IMG/VR virus record: IMGVR_UViG_3300045988_117710
Length of the DNA stretch: 64,000 nt
Origin: a virus
Strand: one strand, 5' to 3'
Under the pieces are notes generated by a model. The model saw only the letters and a program-made list of their open reading frames with translations. It did no database searches and was not told the DNA's origin. How positions within the stretch are numbered: the stretch's first letter is position 1; every line of letters begins with the position of its first letter. Position numbers and translations under genes: made by a program. This document shows positions 44,754 through 54,328 of this stretch, one piece after another.

Positions 44754-47700
44754 ATGAACAATAATAACTTTAATACTGAAAACTTTTTTGGTTTACAGAA
44801 TATTGAAGCACTTCTAAGTTCTAATCAAGCCAGAGCACTTGGTAAGAAGTTTGCTAAAGAATTCTCTGATGCACTTGAAACTGCAATTATTCAAGAGGAT
44901 CCCTTTAAGGAAGGTTTGAAGGGTTATTCAGCAGAGCTTAAGAAGCTTGAAGCCGATGTTAAGGAACTTTTTAAGGGTGATAATTTTGATTCTGGTCTTA
45001 AGAAGGCAATTAATGATACTCTTACTAAAGCAGATAAGCAACTAATTTCTTTACAACAAAGATTTTCAGATGTTTATGCTGAGATTCAGAAAGAGAGTCA
45101 GAAGTCTGATAAAGATTTAGACAAGATGGTCAAACTTCTTCAACAGTTATATGGTATTCAAACTGAGTTTAATATAGCTCAAGCCACTACTGTTGATAAT
45201 GTTGGTATTCTGGTTCAAGAGAATGAGCTTCGTATTGAACAATCTAAAGTAATAGCTTCTAATGAAGCTTATCATAGACAGGAAGCAGAACTTTTATTAC
45301 AAAAGAAGAAGTTAATTAATGCTTCTGATGAGCAAGAGATTGCTGCTTTAGAGAAAAAGATTAAGTTGATGGAAACTGAACTTGGTCTTGCGAAGAATAA
45401 GTTAGATGCTCAGAAGGATACAGTTACTAATACTGAAAATGACATTAATAGACGTCGTAGAGATGTTTCTGAAAGAAAGTCTAATATTAATAGTGAGTCT
45501 GATGCTAATAATCAAGTTTTTAATGATGCAAAGGATACTCTTAAAGATTTAGATAAAGAAACTACTTCTGTATTTAAGAAATGGAGTAGTGGTATTGAAG
45601 CCATTGCCAATGAGGTTACTAAGGTTTTTGATTTATGGAATCAGTTATTCAATAATACTGAACAGAGAATAGCAAACTTAAATCAAGAATTTGGTGAACG
45701 TTGGCAAATAAGAAATAATATCTCGAAGAACATTGGTGGTGCAGATTTTAATGAATATCAAACTGGTATTTATAATTCTGCTACTTCTGGTGCTATGAAG
45801 GGTATGTATAATGAACAAGAACTTAAAGAGCATTTAGTTTCTATGTCTGAATATTTATTTGAGACTAAAGAAGCTGCAATTGAGAATTCTCAATTGATTG
45901 CTTATGGTAATAAGTTCTTGGGTATGTCTAGTGAATCTATGAAGTCTATTTATAATTTAGAGAAGATGACTAATGGTGATGGATTCATTAGATCTCAATT
46001 ACAAACTATTACTAAGTTACAAAACTCTGGTTTAGTAACTAGTCAAGCTCAATTAGATAAGTTAACTACTTTAGCTGCAAATACAACTAGAGAACTTTCT
46101 GAATTAGGGTTGAAGGGTGATGCTGCACAAACATTACAAAGTTCTATGACTGAGGTTTCTGCAGTACTTGATTCTAAAGTTTATGAGGGTGCTGGTCAAG
46201 ATTTCCAAAATAAGATTGTAGAAGCATTGAAGGATCCTACTGGAGCTGGTGTTGAGTTGTTTGGTTCTAATATTACTAGAGCTCAACAGATTGTTAACTC
46301 TGGTGCACCTGATGTTGCTTGGCAATTATATGACTTGATTCAAGGTTCACCTTATGCGGCAAAGACTAGAGAGTTGTCTGCTAATGGTTATTCTATTTCT
46401 TCAGCAATAGCTGGTCAACAGTTTTCTAATGCTGGTTTCTATAATGCCATTGGTAATAATGCAAGTCAGATTGAACAAGATCGTAAGTTACTTGCTAGTA
46501 TGGGACTTGAAGATTATCTTGCAAAGAGTCAAGAAGGAGATTCTGAACAAGTTGATGATCGTACTAAGTGGTTGAATGAGAAAGCAGTTGATTTAGCAAA
46601 TGGTCAATATGATGTTCTTATTGAACAAGCTATGTCTACTGAAAGAATTGAAACTTATGTAGATGAGATTAATAGAAATGTTAAGATTCTTACTACTGCT
46701 TTAGGAGTTATGGCTGGTATTGAAGCTGGTGGTAAACTTCTAGGTAAGCTTGGTGGTAAAGGTGGAGGTGTTAGTATCTTTGGTGGAGGAGCCAAAGGTG
46801 CTGGAGCTGCTGGTGGAGGTAAACTTGCAGGTTTAACTATTGGTAAAGCTTCTGGTTTAACTGCTGCGGCTGGTGTTGCTAGTATTGCTGCTGGTGCTCT
46901 ATGGGCTGGATATGATGGTATTACTGGTGGTATTAATGGTATTACTGATGAAGATGGTAATTACATCATGGATAAGGGTGTTAAGACAGGTTTTGTTACT
47001 GCATTTGGTGGTAAAGACATTAACACAGAGTCTTATCAAGGTAAGTTGACTAAGAGTGCTAAGAAGGAAAATACTTGGGATTCAGTTGGTTCTGGTGCTG
47101 CTAAGGGTGCTTTAATTGGTGCTGGTATTGGTACATTCTTTGGTCCTGGTATTGGTACTGCAATTGGTGCTGGTATTGGTGGTCTTGTTGGTGGTCTTGC
47201 TGGTTTATGGTCAGGAAGTCAGAAGAACAAGGAAGCTGAAGAGTATGCGAAGAAGCAATACGAAGAGCAAAAGAGATTAACTGAAATCAATCAAGAGATG
47301 TTAGATATTGCTAAACGTGGTAACGCTGCATTGGCTTATCGTTATGCAATTGATACTTCTGTTATGGGTTCTGCTGGTGGAGCTCCTGCTATGGGTGGTG
47401 AATCTATGGCAATGGGTTCTAGTAGAAGTGATGTACTTGATACTGGTCTATTAACTGGTCCTTGGGGATGTTCTCGTGGATTTGAATGGAGTACTAAATA
47501 TGTAGATGGTAAGCCAACAAATCAAAAGTCATTCCATAATGGTATTGACTTAACTGCTCCTGGTGGAACTCCTATTGGAGCACCTGTTAGTGGAGAGATT
47601 ACTCATGTTGGAACTCTTGAAGGTGATGCAGGTAATAATATTACATTGAAGGGTGATAATGGTTTAGTATATAGATTCTTACATTTATCTGAACCTTCTA

Positions 47701-48137
47701 AATTATCAGCTGGTGATAGAGTTAATGCTGGTTCACTTGTTGGGTTCGTTGGTACAACTGGTAACTCATCTGGTAACCATTTACACTTAGGTGTTAAGAG
47801 TGGTAAAGATTGGGTAGATCCAATTGGATATATTAATTCTTATCTATTTGGTGCTAAAGATACTTATGATTCTGTTTCTAGTTCAACTTCTGATATCTAT
47901 GATACTTCTAAATTGAATTCTGCTGCAACTATGAGAACTGCTGCAAGAACTCACTTTGTAGCGGCAGGTGGAGATAATAGTAGTGTTAGTGGACAACAGA
48001 TAGTTGATATTAGTCCTGTTGTTGCTGGATTAGAAACAGTTAATAATACAATCAAAGAATTAGGTGAAAGACAAGATGCTCAACAAAGAATTCTTGATGC
48101 TCTTACAGTAAGACCTATTCCTAGTTTAGGTATATAG
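44754..48137 (+). CDS. tail tape-measure protein with C-terminal M23 peptidase domain (about 1127 aa)
   Basis: Long coiled-coil N-terminus, Gly-rich TM-like middle, M23 motifs HNGIDLTAPGGTPIGAPVSG ... GNHLHLGV. Confidence 0.8.
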   Translation: MNNNNFNTENFFGLQNIEALLSSNQARALGKKFAKEFSDALETAIIQEDPFKEGLKGYSAELKKLEADVKELFKGDNFDSGLKKAINDTLTKADKQLISLQQRFSDVYAEIQKESQKSDKDLDKMVKLLQQLYGIQTEFNIAQATTVDNVGILVQENELRIEQSKVIASNEAYHRQEAELLLQKKKLINASDEQEIAALEKKIKLMETELGLAKNKLDAQKDTVTNTENDINRRRRDVSERKSNINSESDANNQVFNDAKDTLKDLDKETTSVFKKWSSGIEAIANEVTKVFDLWNQLFNNTEQRIANLNQEFGERWQIRNNISKNIGGADFNEYQTGIYNSATSGAMKGMYNEQELKEHLVSMSEYLFETKEAAIENSQLIAYGNKFLGMSSESMKSIYNLEKMTNGDGFIRSQLQTITKLQNSGLVTSQAQLDKLTTLAANTTRELSELGLKGDAAQTLQSSMTEVSAVLDSKVYEGAGQDFQNKIVEALKDPTGAGVELFGSNITRAQQIVNSGAPDVAWQLYDLIQGSPYAAKTRELSANGYSISSAIAGQQFSNAGFYNAIGNNASQIEQDRKLLASMGLEDYLAKSQEGDSEQVDDRTKWLNEKAVDLANGQYDVLIEQAMSTERIETYVDEINRNVKILTTALGVMAGIEAGGKLLGKLGGKGGGVSIFGGGAKGAGAAGGGKLAGLTIGKASGLTAAAGVASIAAGALWAGYDGITGGINGITDEDGNYIMDKGVKTGFVTAFGGKDINTESYQGKLTKSAKKENTWDSVGSGAAKGALIGAGIGTFFGPGIGTAIGAGIGGLVGGLAGLWSGSQKNKEAEEYAKKQYEEQKRLTEINQEMLDIAKRGNAALAYRYAIDTSVMGSAGGAPAMGGESMAMGSSRSDVLDTGLLTGPWGCSRGFEWSTKYVDGKPTNQKSFHNGIDLTAPGGTPIGAPVSGEITHVGTLEGDAGNNITLKGDNGLVYRFLHLSEPSKLSAGDRVNAGSLVGFVGTTGNSSGNHLHLGVKSGKDWVDPIGYINSYLFGAKDTYDSVSSSTSDIYDTSKLNSAATMRTAARTHFVAAGGDNSSVSGQQIVDISPVVAGLETVNNTIKELGERQDAQQRILDALTVRPIPSLGI

Positions 48138-48146
48138 GAGGAATTT

Positions 48147-48827
48147 ATGGCGATTAAGAGATATTTAATAGCACCAAATCCATATCAAAAGACAGATGCC
48201 TTTGGTAATCCTAGAGGACCTGTCAATGCATTAGTTACTCAAGGAGTAGATAATCGATTTACTCCTGTACCTGCTAATGTACCTAGAAAGTGGTGGCTTT
48301 CTAATGAATCTAGTTCTAATTTACCAGAGTCACCATGTACAACATATTTTAAAGTTATGAGTGGTAAATTTAAGGGAGTTAAGGTTGGTTTAGCAAGTAC
48401 TCCAGATGGTTTTACTAATAATACTGAACAGAGTACTTCTTCTGAATCACCTATTGGTTCTTTACAACCAGTAGTAACTTTTAATGCAACTGGTGCCAGA
48501 ACTTTATCATTTCAGTTTTCAGTGTTTGGTGATTTATTACCACCTTATCCTGATGGTTCTGGTATTCTAGATTATAATGTTGTTACTTATTGTAAGTTTT
48601 TACAGCAGATAGCATTACCTACACAGTCTGGTAATGGTAAAGATGTAGCTTATAATATAGAACCTCCTATTGTTTATTTCTGCTATGGTGGTTTACATAT
48701 TAAGGGAATTTTTAAGTGTGATACTTCATTTGGTTCAACTGTCACTAACGGAGTTATTGACAGAGCAACAGTTTCTATTTCAATTATAGAAACAGAGAAA
48801 ATTCTCAATGGAGAAGTTATTTTATAG
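48147..48827 (+). CDS. distal-tail (Dit)-like protein (226 aa)
   Basis: TAGGAGG RBS; position directly after TMP. Confidence 0.5.
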   Translation: MAIKRYLIAPNPYQKTDAFGNPRGPVNALVTQGVDNRFTPVPANVPRKWWLSNESSSNLPESPCTTYFKVMSGKFKGVKVGLASTPDGFTNNTEQSTSSESPIGSLQPVVTFNATGARTLSFQFSVFGDLLPPYPDGSGILDYNVVTYCKFLQQIALPTQSGNGKDVAYNIEPPIVYFCYGGLHIKGIFKCDTSFGSTVTNGVIDRATVSISIIETEKILNGEVIL

Positions 48828-48841
48828 GGAGGTATTTTATA

Positions 48842-49453
48842 ATGGAAAATAAAGATGTAAAAGTAAGAATAACAGATTTCGATATTAACTGGCCGAAGAT
48901 TAAATCGGCTTGTATGACAACAATCAGTAAGCAGGCAGGTGATAAGGAACCACCTCAAGAATGGAAACGTAAATTATTGGTATGTCAACATAGTCCAATA
49001 AGAAGAGGTTCTATTTCTTGGAAGTGGGAAGAAATTCCTTATGCAATTTCTACTCATTTTGCCCGTCATCATGAGGGTTGTGAGAAATGGGTTGGAACTT
49101 CAAGAGAAGATAGAACTGGTGTTAATAGAGAAGAGAGAAGTCAGATGGCTCCTGTTCCTATGGAGATGGAAGCCAATATACAAGCATTAATCAATATTTC
49201 TGAAAGAAGATTATGTACTTGTGCTGATCCTACAACTAGAAAATACTGGAAAGCTGTTCTTGAAGCAATTAGAGAATATGATGAAGATATCTATTGGGCT
49301 TGTGTTCCTCAATGTGTTCGTTTAGGTGGTTGTCCTGAATTATTTAGTCCATGTGGTTTCTATGAAAAGTTCATGGAAGGTGCAGAACCTGAAGAACATA
49401 TGTCATTAGTGAAGAGGTACGATAGATATAATAAATTCAGAAATAAGGGGTAA
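48842..49453 (+). CDS. thyX: flavin-dependent thymidylate synthase ThyX (short form, 203 aa)
   Basis: HSPIRRGSISWKWEEIPYAISTHFARHH...SRE aligns with ThyX [28 protein letters not shown]...SQR (RHR/S motif); RRLCTCADPTTRKYWKAVLEAIREY resembles LRCCEKAQWEIRELAEAMLEEVRK. Confidence 0.6.
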   Translation: MENKDVKVRITDFDINWPKIKSACMTTISKQAGDKEPPQEWKRKLLVCQHSPIRRGSISWKWEEIPYAISTHFARHHEGCEKWVGTSREDRTGVNREERSQMAPVPMEMEANIQALINISERRLCTCADPTTRKYWKAVLEAIREYDEDIYWACVPQCVRLGGCPELFSPCGFYEKFMEGAEPEEHMSLVKRYDRYNKFRNKG

Positions 49454-49456
49454 TTT

Positions 49457-52400
49457 ATGGCTTGGAATAGTACATACGAATCTAGAGCAGGTTTATTTAC
49501 ACTTACTTTTGTTTCACCTCAAGATTCAAAGAAGACTTTTGATTATACTTTCACTGCTGCTGTTTCTTTTACTCAAGAGAGAAATCTTACTGATACATTA
49601 AATAAGTTTTCATTAGATATTGTAGATGATGGTTCTGAAGATTTTCATGGACTTGAAAATATTATTTTAAGTGGTATCACTGGTATAAGAATGACTTATG
49701 GGGTAGGTACTGATAATCAGATTTCTTGGTCTGGTTTTGTGTATGACTATTCCTCTACTTTCTTTGGTCAGAAAGTTAAGTTAACTCTTATAGGTTATAT
49801 TACTTTAAGTCACAATAATTTAAATGATTATGCAGGTCATTATTATAGACTAGATTGGTCACCTATGATTCCATATCGTAATGATTATTCTAGAGAGTGG
49901 GATCTTTTCCAAACATCTGATTATGTATGGCAACGTGATGGTAATGATGTTGAAATAACTAAGATTACAAAAGAAGATTTTTTAGATTCTTATGAGGATG
50001 CTTATAATGATGCTATTAAATCTGAGGCCAAATATTTAAATGATCATGCTTTTAAATTAGATTTTGCTAGAAGTTCTGAAGATTTAGAGGGAGCTTTTAA
50101 AGCTTATATTGAATCCAATAAGAAAACAAATAAGCAAGTGTATTGGTCACTTCTTGGTTTATGGGAACCATATACTATGAAGTGGGTTGATGAGAGTGGG
50201 TATATTAATTCTTCTTGGAGAACTTATAGGGAATTACAAGAAGCAGAGAAGAGATATCAGTTATATGAATCTTTGTATAATTCTTATTTCAATCGTTATA
50301 AGAAAGGTAACTTTGCAGTTGATTTTGATATCACTAAGCTTAAGAATGCAGTGTTTTCACCATTCCCAAGTAATTTTAGTTCAGATAGACAGATTTTGAT
50401 TCCTGTTCCAGATTTATTTATTCAGTGGGATGGTATTTTACCAGAGGCAACTTATCAAGATAAGAAATGGAAGATTAATTATGATTCTCTTTTAGGTACT
50501 CTTAATGATGTTACTGCTTTTGGTTTAAAGTGTGAACTAGTACCTGGTACTTATAGTGATAGTGATGAAAATACTAAACCTAAGGTAGCTTTGAAGGGTG
50601 TTCAGGATCAGTATTTAAATACACGTATTCTTAAGATGAATAATGCTACTTTTATATGTGTTTCTGACGCTAAGGCATTGGCAGAATATAGATGGGGTAA
50701 GTTTTCTGGTGAAGCTGATTTCACTGAAGCTGTTTCTTCTTCATCTACTACTAATACTACAACTAAGGCAACTATGTCTGAAACTGCTAATAAAGTTTAT
50801 AATTATTTTCATGCTCGAGGTTGGTCAGATGCGGCAATTGCTGCTGTTTTAGGTAATGGTGAGTGTGAGAGTGGATTAGTTCCAAATAAATTACAAGGTG
50901 GTTCTCTTATTTCTTATGATGATGCTTATGCACTTTATCCTGAAGATAAGCAAACTGCACATGCTTGGGGTATTTGGCAATGGGATCCATTAATGAAGAT
51001 TCATCAAACTGTTGGTAGATCTTGGGCAACTCGTATTTCTGGAGATAGAAATTTAGTTGAAACTCAATGTGCAATCCTAGAATCTCAATTGAATACTGTT
51101 GGTTGGTCTAATGGAGATAACTATGCTTTAAGTGTAGCAGACTTTAAGACTTGTACTGATGTTCAAAAGACTTCTAGAGCATTTTTATGTAATTTTGAGA
51201 TTCCTGCAGGTTGGGATACAGCTGAGAAACAACAAGAAAGGGCAAAGGTTTGTTCAACTTATTTGAATGCTATTCAAGGGTTTGAAGCTTCAGAGAATGA
51301 GGCAAAGATAGCGGATAATACTGTAGTTCCTAAATCTTGGTATAGAACTTATTATAATTATTGTCTATCTGCTTATCGTTCTGCTTTACCATTACAATAT
51401 GGTGGAGTTTATATAAGTGATATTGTTGAGAAGTTATGTAAGATTGAAGGTTGGTCTTGTGAAGTAACTCCTACTGTATGGTCGAGTTATGAAGCAATTC
51501 AAGATTCTTTAATTATGGATGGTCGTAATGCTCTTGATTACATTGTTAATGTGTTAGCTCCTTTAGCAACTTCTGAAAATGGATATACAGGTTATGTTGT
51601 TAAGTTAGAGAATAGTCATTTAACTTTCCAACCTGCTGTTCCAGATAGATTAGGTACTCTTGAGATTAGAATGGGGTATAATATTCCTGATTCACCTGTT
51701 TTATCTTTTTCTTGTAAGACAAGAGGAACTTTTATAATGCATGGTGTAGCTGAAGAGGTTTCTACTGTTACCAATTATTCTAATGAGTCAGCAGTATTAC
51801 AAACTTATACTAAGGCAGAATCTTTTATTGAGAGTAAGTTTGCAAGTAAATCAACTACTCAAGGAAGTAATTGGTTTTCTAAAGGTTTATTCTCTTATTA
51901 TGGTTTCTTGAATAATCTAGAGGGTTATAATAGTTTCTTTACAACCTTTTATGGGGATGATTTTTACTATGGTGAGAATAATATAAATAAGAAAAAGAGT
52001 TTCTCATTCTCTGTTAATGATTTTCAAGGTAATAAAGTTAATGATTTTCAAGGTAATAAAGTTAATGCTTCCTTAAGTACTTCGTTAATTCGTTCTACTC
52101 CTTATTCATCTTTAGGTGATTTGAGTGGTGCTAAGGTTCTTAATGATTTATCTCGTTTCGAAGAGACTTCTATTAAGGCAGAGATTAATATTATCGGGGA
52201 TAATAGAATTATTCCTAACTCTTATATTGAGATTATTAATATGACAAGACGTGGTCGTCATTATACTTCTGGTGTTTATTGGATTAATAAAATAACTGAT
52301 AGTTTTAGTAAGGGTACTTGGACACAAAAGTTAGAATGTAATAGATATGATTCTAATGTAGATTTCTTTAATAGAACTACTGATTCTGTAATTAATCAGG

Positions 52401-52504
52401 TTGATTCTTCAATGAGTGAATTAATTGATGCAGTTATTAATAATAACATTACAGTAGAACAAGTAGACCAAAAACTTAAAGATTATCAAGAAGGTAAAGC
52501 GTAG
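49457..52504 (+). CDS. tail-associated lysin / tail tip protein with lysozyme-like peptidoglycan hydrolase domain (1015 aa)
   Basis: Position after Dit-like gene; central block NKVYNYFHARGWSDAAIAAVLGNGECESGLVP...AWGIWQWDP resembles phage tail lysozyme/transglycosylase-type (E-S) domains. Confidence 0.65.
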   Translation: MAWNSTYESRAGLFTLTFVSPQDSKKTFDYTFTAAVSFTQERNLTDTLNKFSLDIVDDGSEDFHGLENIILSGITGIRMTYGVGTDNQISWSGFVYDYSSTFFGQKVKLTLIGYITLSHNNLNDYAGHYYRLDWSPMIPYRNDYSREWDLFQTSDYVWQRDGNDVEITKITKEDFLDSYEDAYNDAIKSEAKYLNDHAFKLDFARSSEDLEGAFKAYIESNKKTNKQVYWSLLGLWEPYTMKWVDESGYINSSWRTYRELQEAEKRYQLYESLYNSYFNRYKKGNFAVDFDITKLKNAVFSPFPSNFSSDRQILIPVPDLFIQWDGILPEATYQDKKWKINYDSLLGTLNDVTAFGLKCELVPGTYSDSDENTKPKVALKGVQDQYLNTRILKMNNATFICVSDAKALAEYRWGKFSGEADFTEAVSSSSTTNTTTKATMSETANKVYNYFHARGWSDAAIAAVLGNGECESGLVPNKLQGGSLISYDDAYALYPEDKQTAHAWGIWQWDPLMKIHQTVGRSWATRISGDRNLVETQCAILESQLNTVGWSNGDNYALSVADFKTCTDVQKTSRAFLCNFEIPAGWDTAEKQQERAKVCSTYLNAIQGFEASENEAKIADNTVVPKSWYRTYYNYCLSAYRSALPLQYGGVYISDIVEKLCKIEGWSCEVTPTVWSSYEAIQDSLIMDGRNALDYIVNVLAPLATSENGYTGYVVKLENSHLTFQPAVPDRLGTLEIRMGYNIPDSPVLSFSCKTRGTFIMHGVAEEVSTVTNYSNESAVLQTYTKAESFIESKFASKSTTQGSNWFSKGLFSYYGFLNNLEGYNSFFTTFYGDDFYYGENNINKKKSFSFSVNDFQGNKVNDFQGNKVNASLSTSLIRSTPYSSLGDLSGAKVLNDLSRFEETSIKAEINIIGDNRIIPNSYIEIINMTRRGRHYTSGVYWINKITDSFSKGTWTQKLECNRYDSNVDFFNRTTDSVINQVDSSMSELIDAVINNNITVEQVDQKLKDYQEGKA
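52013..52067 (+). repeat. 24-bp tandem repeat (2.3 copies) inside tail lysin gene
   Basis: gttaatgattttcaaggtaataaa x2 then gttaatg; encodes VNDFQGNK repeats. Confidence 0.9.
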
Positions 52505-52514
52505 GAGGTATATT

Positions 52515-53561
52515 ATGTTTGGTGTTTCTAGTATTAATGGTCTTTCTCAAATTGAGAATGAAGAATTTAAGAAATTAATCAATTATAATGGTTTCTATCG
52601 TGGGTTTGTAGTTTCTACAGATGATCCTAAACATTTAGGTAGAGTTAAGGTCAGAATTCCTGCTATTCATGGTTCTGATCCTTCTCTAGAAACTTATATG
52701 GCTGATAATACTTTACCATGGGCTCAACCTGGTGCTTTTAATCTAGCTGGTCCTGGTATGGGACAATTGATTTTACCTTATGTTGGTTCAGCTGTTTGGG
52801 TTACTTTTGAAGTAGATCAACCTAATTGTCCTATTTACTTTGGTAATCTTTATAGTACTAAACCTATGGGTGAGAAGTTTATCCAAGGTTCTCGTCATGT
52901 TTATCAAGGAACTCAATTACAATGTAAGGAAGATGATTTAGGTATGTATGATTCTGCTGTATATAATCTTCTTACAACTCTTAAGGGAGCATCAATTACT
53001 ATTGATGATTCTGATATGAGAGAAAAGATTGAGTTTAAAGATGCTTTTGGTCAGTATATTCGATTTACTAATTTAGGAGAATTGCTTTATTATGGAAGAA
53101 CTCCTAATAAAGATAATTGTGAGATTGAGATTGCAAGTGGCAATTCTAGTTTAGTTGTAAAGAATAGTGGAATACAATTGAAAGGTAAATTACCTTATCA
53201 GACTTATTATTTTGTTGATGTTTCAAAGGTTTCTGATGATTTGTTATTTGTAGTATCTAAAGATTCTTTATTTACTGATAAGAATTTAACAACTGTTTCT
53301 GATTCTATTCTTAATGGTGCTAGAATAGTATATATTAATTCAGATAGAGATATTGTAGGATTTGGTGTTATTACTAATATTACTTCAGAAGGAGTTTTCA
53401 TTAGTAATGGTATAGTTCTAGATTCTATTATATCTAGAAATCCATATCCTGTTGGTTCTTATTACTATTGTTCAGCAGATGTGGACCCTAACAAAGAATT
53501 TGGTGGTGTTTGGGAGAAAACTAATTCTACTGAACCTATTTGTTGGAAGAGAGTTTCATAG
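52515..53561 (+). CDS. baseplate component (348 aa)
   Basis: TAGGAGG RBS; position in baseplate cassette. Confidence 0.55.
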   Translation: MFGVSSINGLSQIENEEFKKLINYNGFYRGFVVSTDDPKHLGRVKVRIPAIHGSDPSLETYMADNTLPWAQPGAFNLAGPGMGQLILPYVGSAVWVTFEVDQPNCPIYFGNLYSTKPMGEKFIQGSRHVYQGTQLQCKEDDLGMYDSAVYNLLTTLKGASITIDDSDMREKIEFKDAFGQYIRFTNLGELLYYGRTPNKDNCEIEIASGNSSLVVKNSGIQLKGKLPYQTYYFVDVSKVSDDLLFVVSKDSLFTDKNLTTVSDSILNGARIVYINSDRDIVGFGVITNITSEGVFISNGIVLDSIISRNPYPVGSYYYCSADVDPNKEFGGVWEKTNSTEPICWKRVS

Positions 53562-53569
53562 GAGGTTAT

Positions 53570-53941
53570 ATGAATACAGATATTCTTTCTATGTGGTATA
53601 CTTGGTATGATGTTAAGGTTAAGTCTGTTACTGTTCCTTCAGTTTCTTTAAATGATTCTAGTAGATATAGAAAGATTGCTACAATACATTCTAGTAGAGG
53701 TAGTCATCTTAAGTTTATGAGAAAGGGTTTCTATAACTTTAGTGATAGTGAGGTTACTTATTACATTACTAAGGCCACAGAGTTCAGACCTGATATTGTT
53801 TCAGTTGAGATGTATGGTGATCCAAGATATGCTTGGGCAATTCTTTGTGCCAATGGTATGAAGTCTTTCTTCGAGTTTACTTGTGATCAGTATATTATGG
53901 TTCCTACTCTTTCTGATGTTACTAGAGAGTTAGGAGTGTAG
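53570..53941 (+). CDS. LysM-like (XkdP-like) baseplate-associated protein (123 aa)
   Basis: TAGGAGG RBS; YYITKATEFRPDIVSVEMYGDPRYAWAILCANGM...YIMVP resembles LysM. Confidence 0.45.
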   Translation: MNTDILSMWYTWYDVKVKSVTVPSVSLNDSSRYRKIATIHSSRGSHLKFMRKGFYNFSDSEVTYYITKATEFRPDIVSVEMYGDPRYAWAILCANGMKSFFEFTCDQYIMVPTLSDVTRELGV

Positions 53942-53944
53942 TGT

Positions 53945-54328
53945 ATGAATATTCAAGTTTTAGGTGGTTTAGCTTCACCGAAGTTTATAGATGATAATGG
54001 TAAGACTATTGTAACACATCAAGTTGCGAAGTTGGTAGAGGATTTGAAATTATATTTATCAACTCCTGTTGGTACTTTATTTGGTAGACCTGATTATGGT
54101 ACTAATCTTCAGAACTTTTTGTTTCAACCAACTACTGAAGAAACTGGTCATGAGATTAGAGAAGATATAAGTCGTGCTTTAAGAGTTAGTTATCCTAATA
54201 TATCTTTTGCTAAAGTTGATGTGAAGTTCATTCCAGATGGTATAAACCTTAATATATCGTATTACATTAATAATGAATCTTATTTAATAGATTTAAGTTT
54301 TGATATACTTAAGGAAAGGAGTAAATAA
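53945..54328 (+). CDS. baseplate wedge protein, gp25/GPW-like (127 aa)
   Basis: LKLYLSTPVGTLFGRPDYGTNLQNFLFQP matches GPW_gp25 core. Confidence 0.65.
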   Translation: MNIQVLGGLASPKFIDDNGKTIVTHQVAKLVEDLKLYLSTPVGTLFGRPDYGTNLQNFLFQPTTEETGHEIREDISRALRVSYPNISFAKVDVKFIPDGINLNISYYINNESYLIDLSFDILKERSK

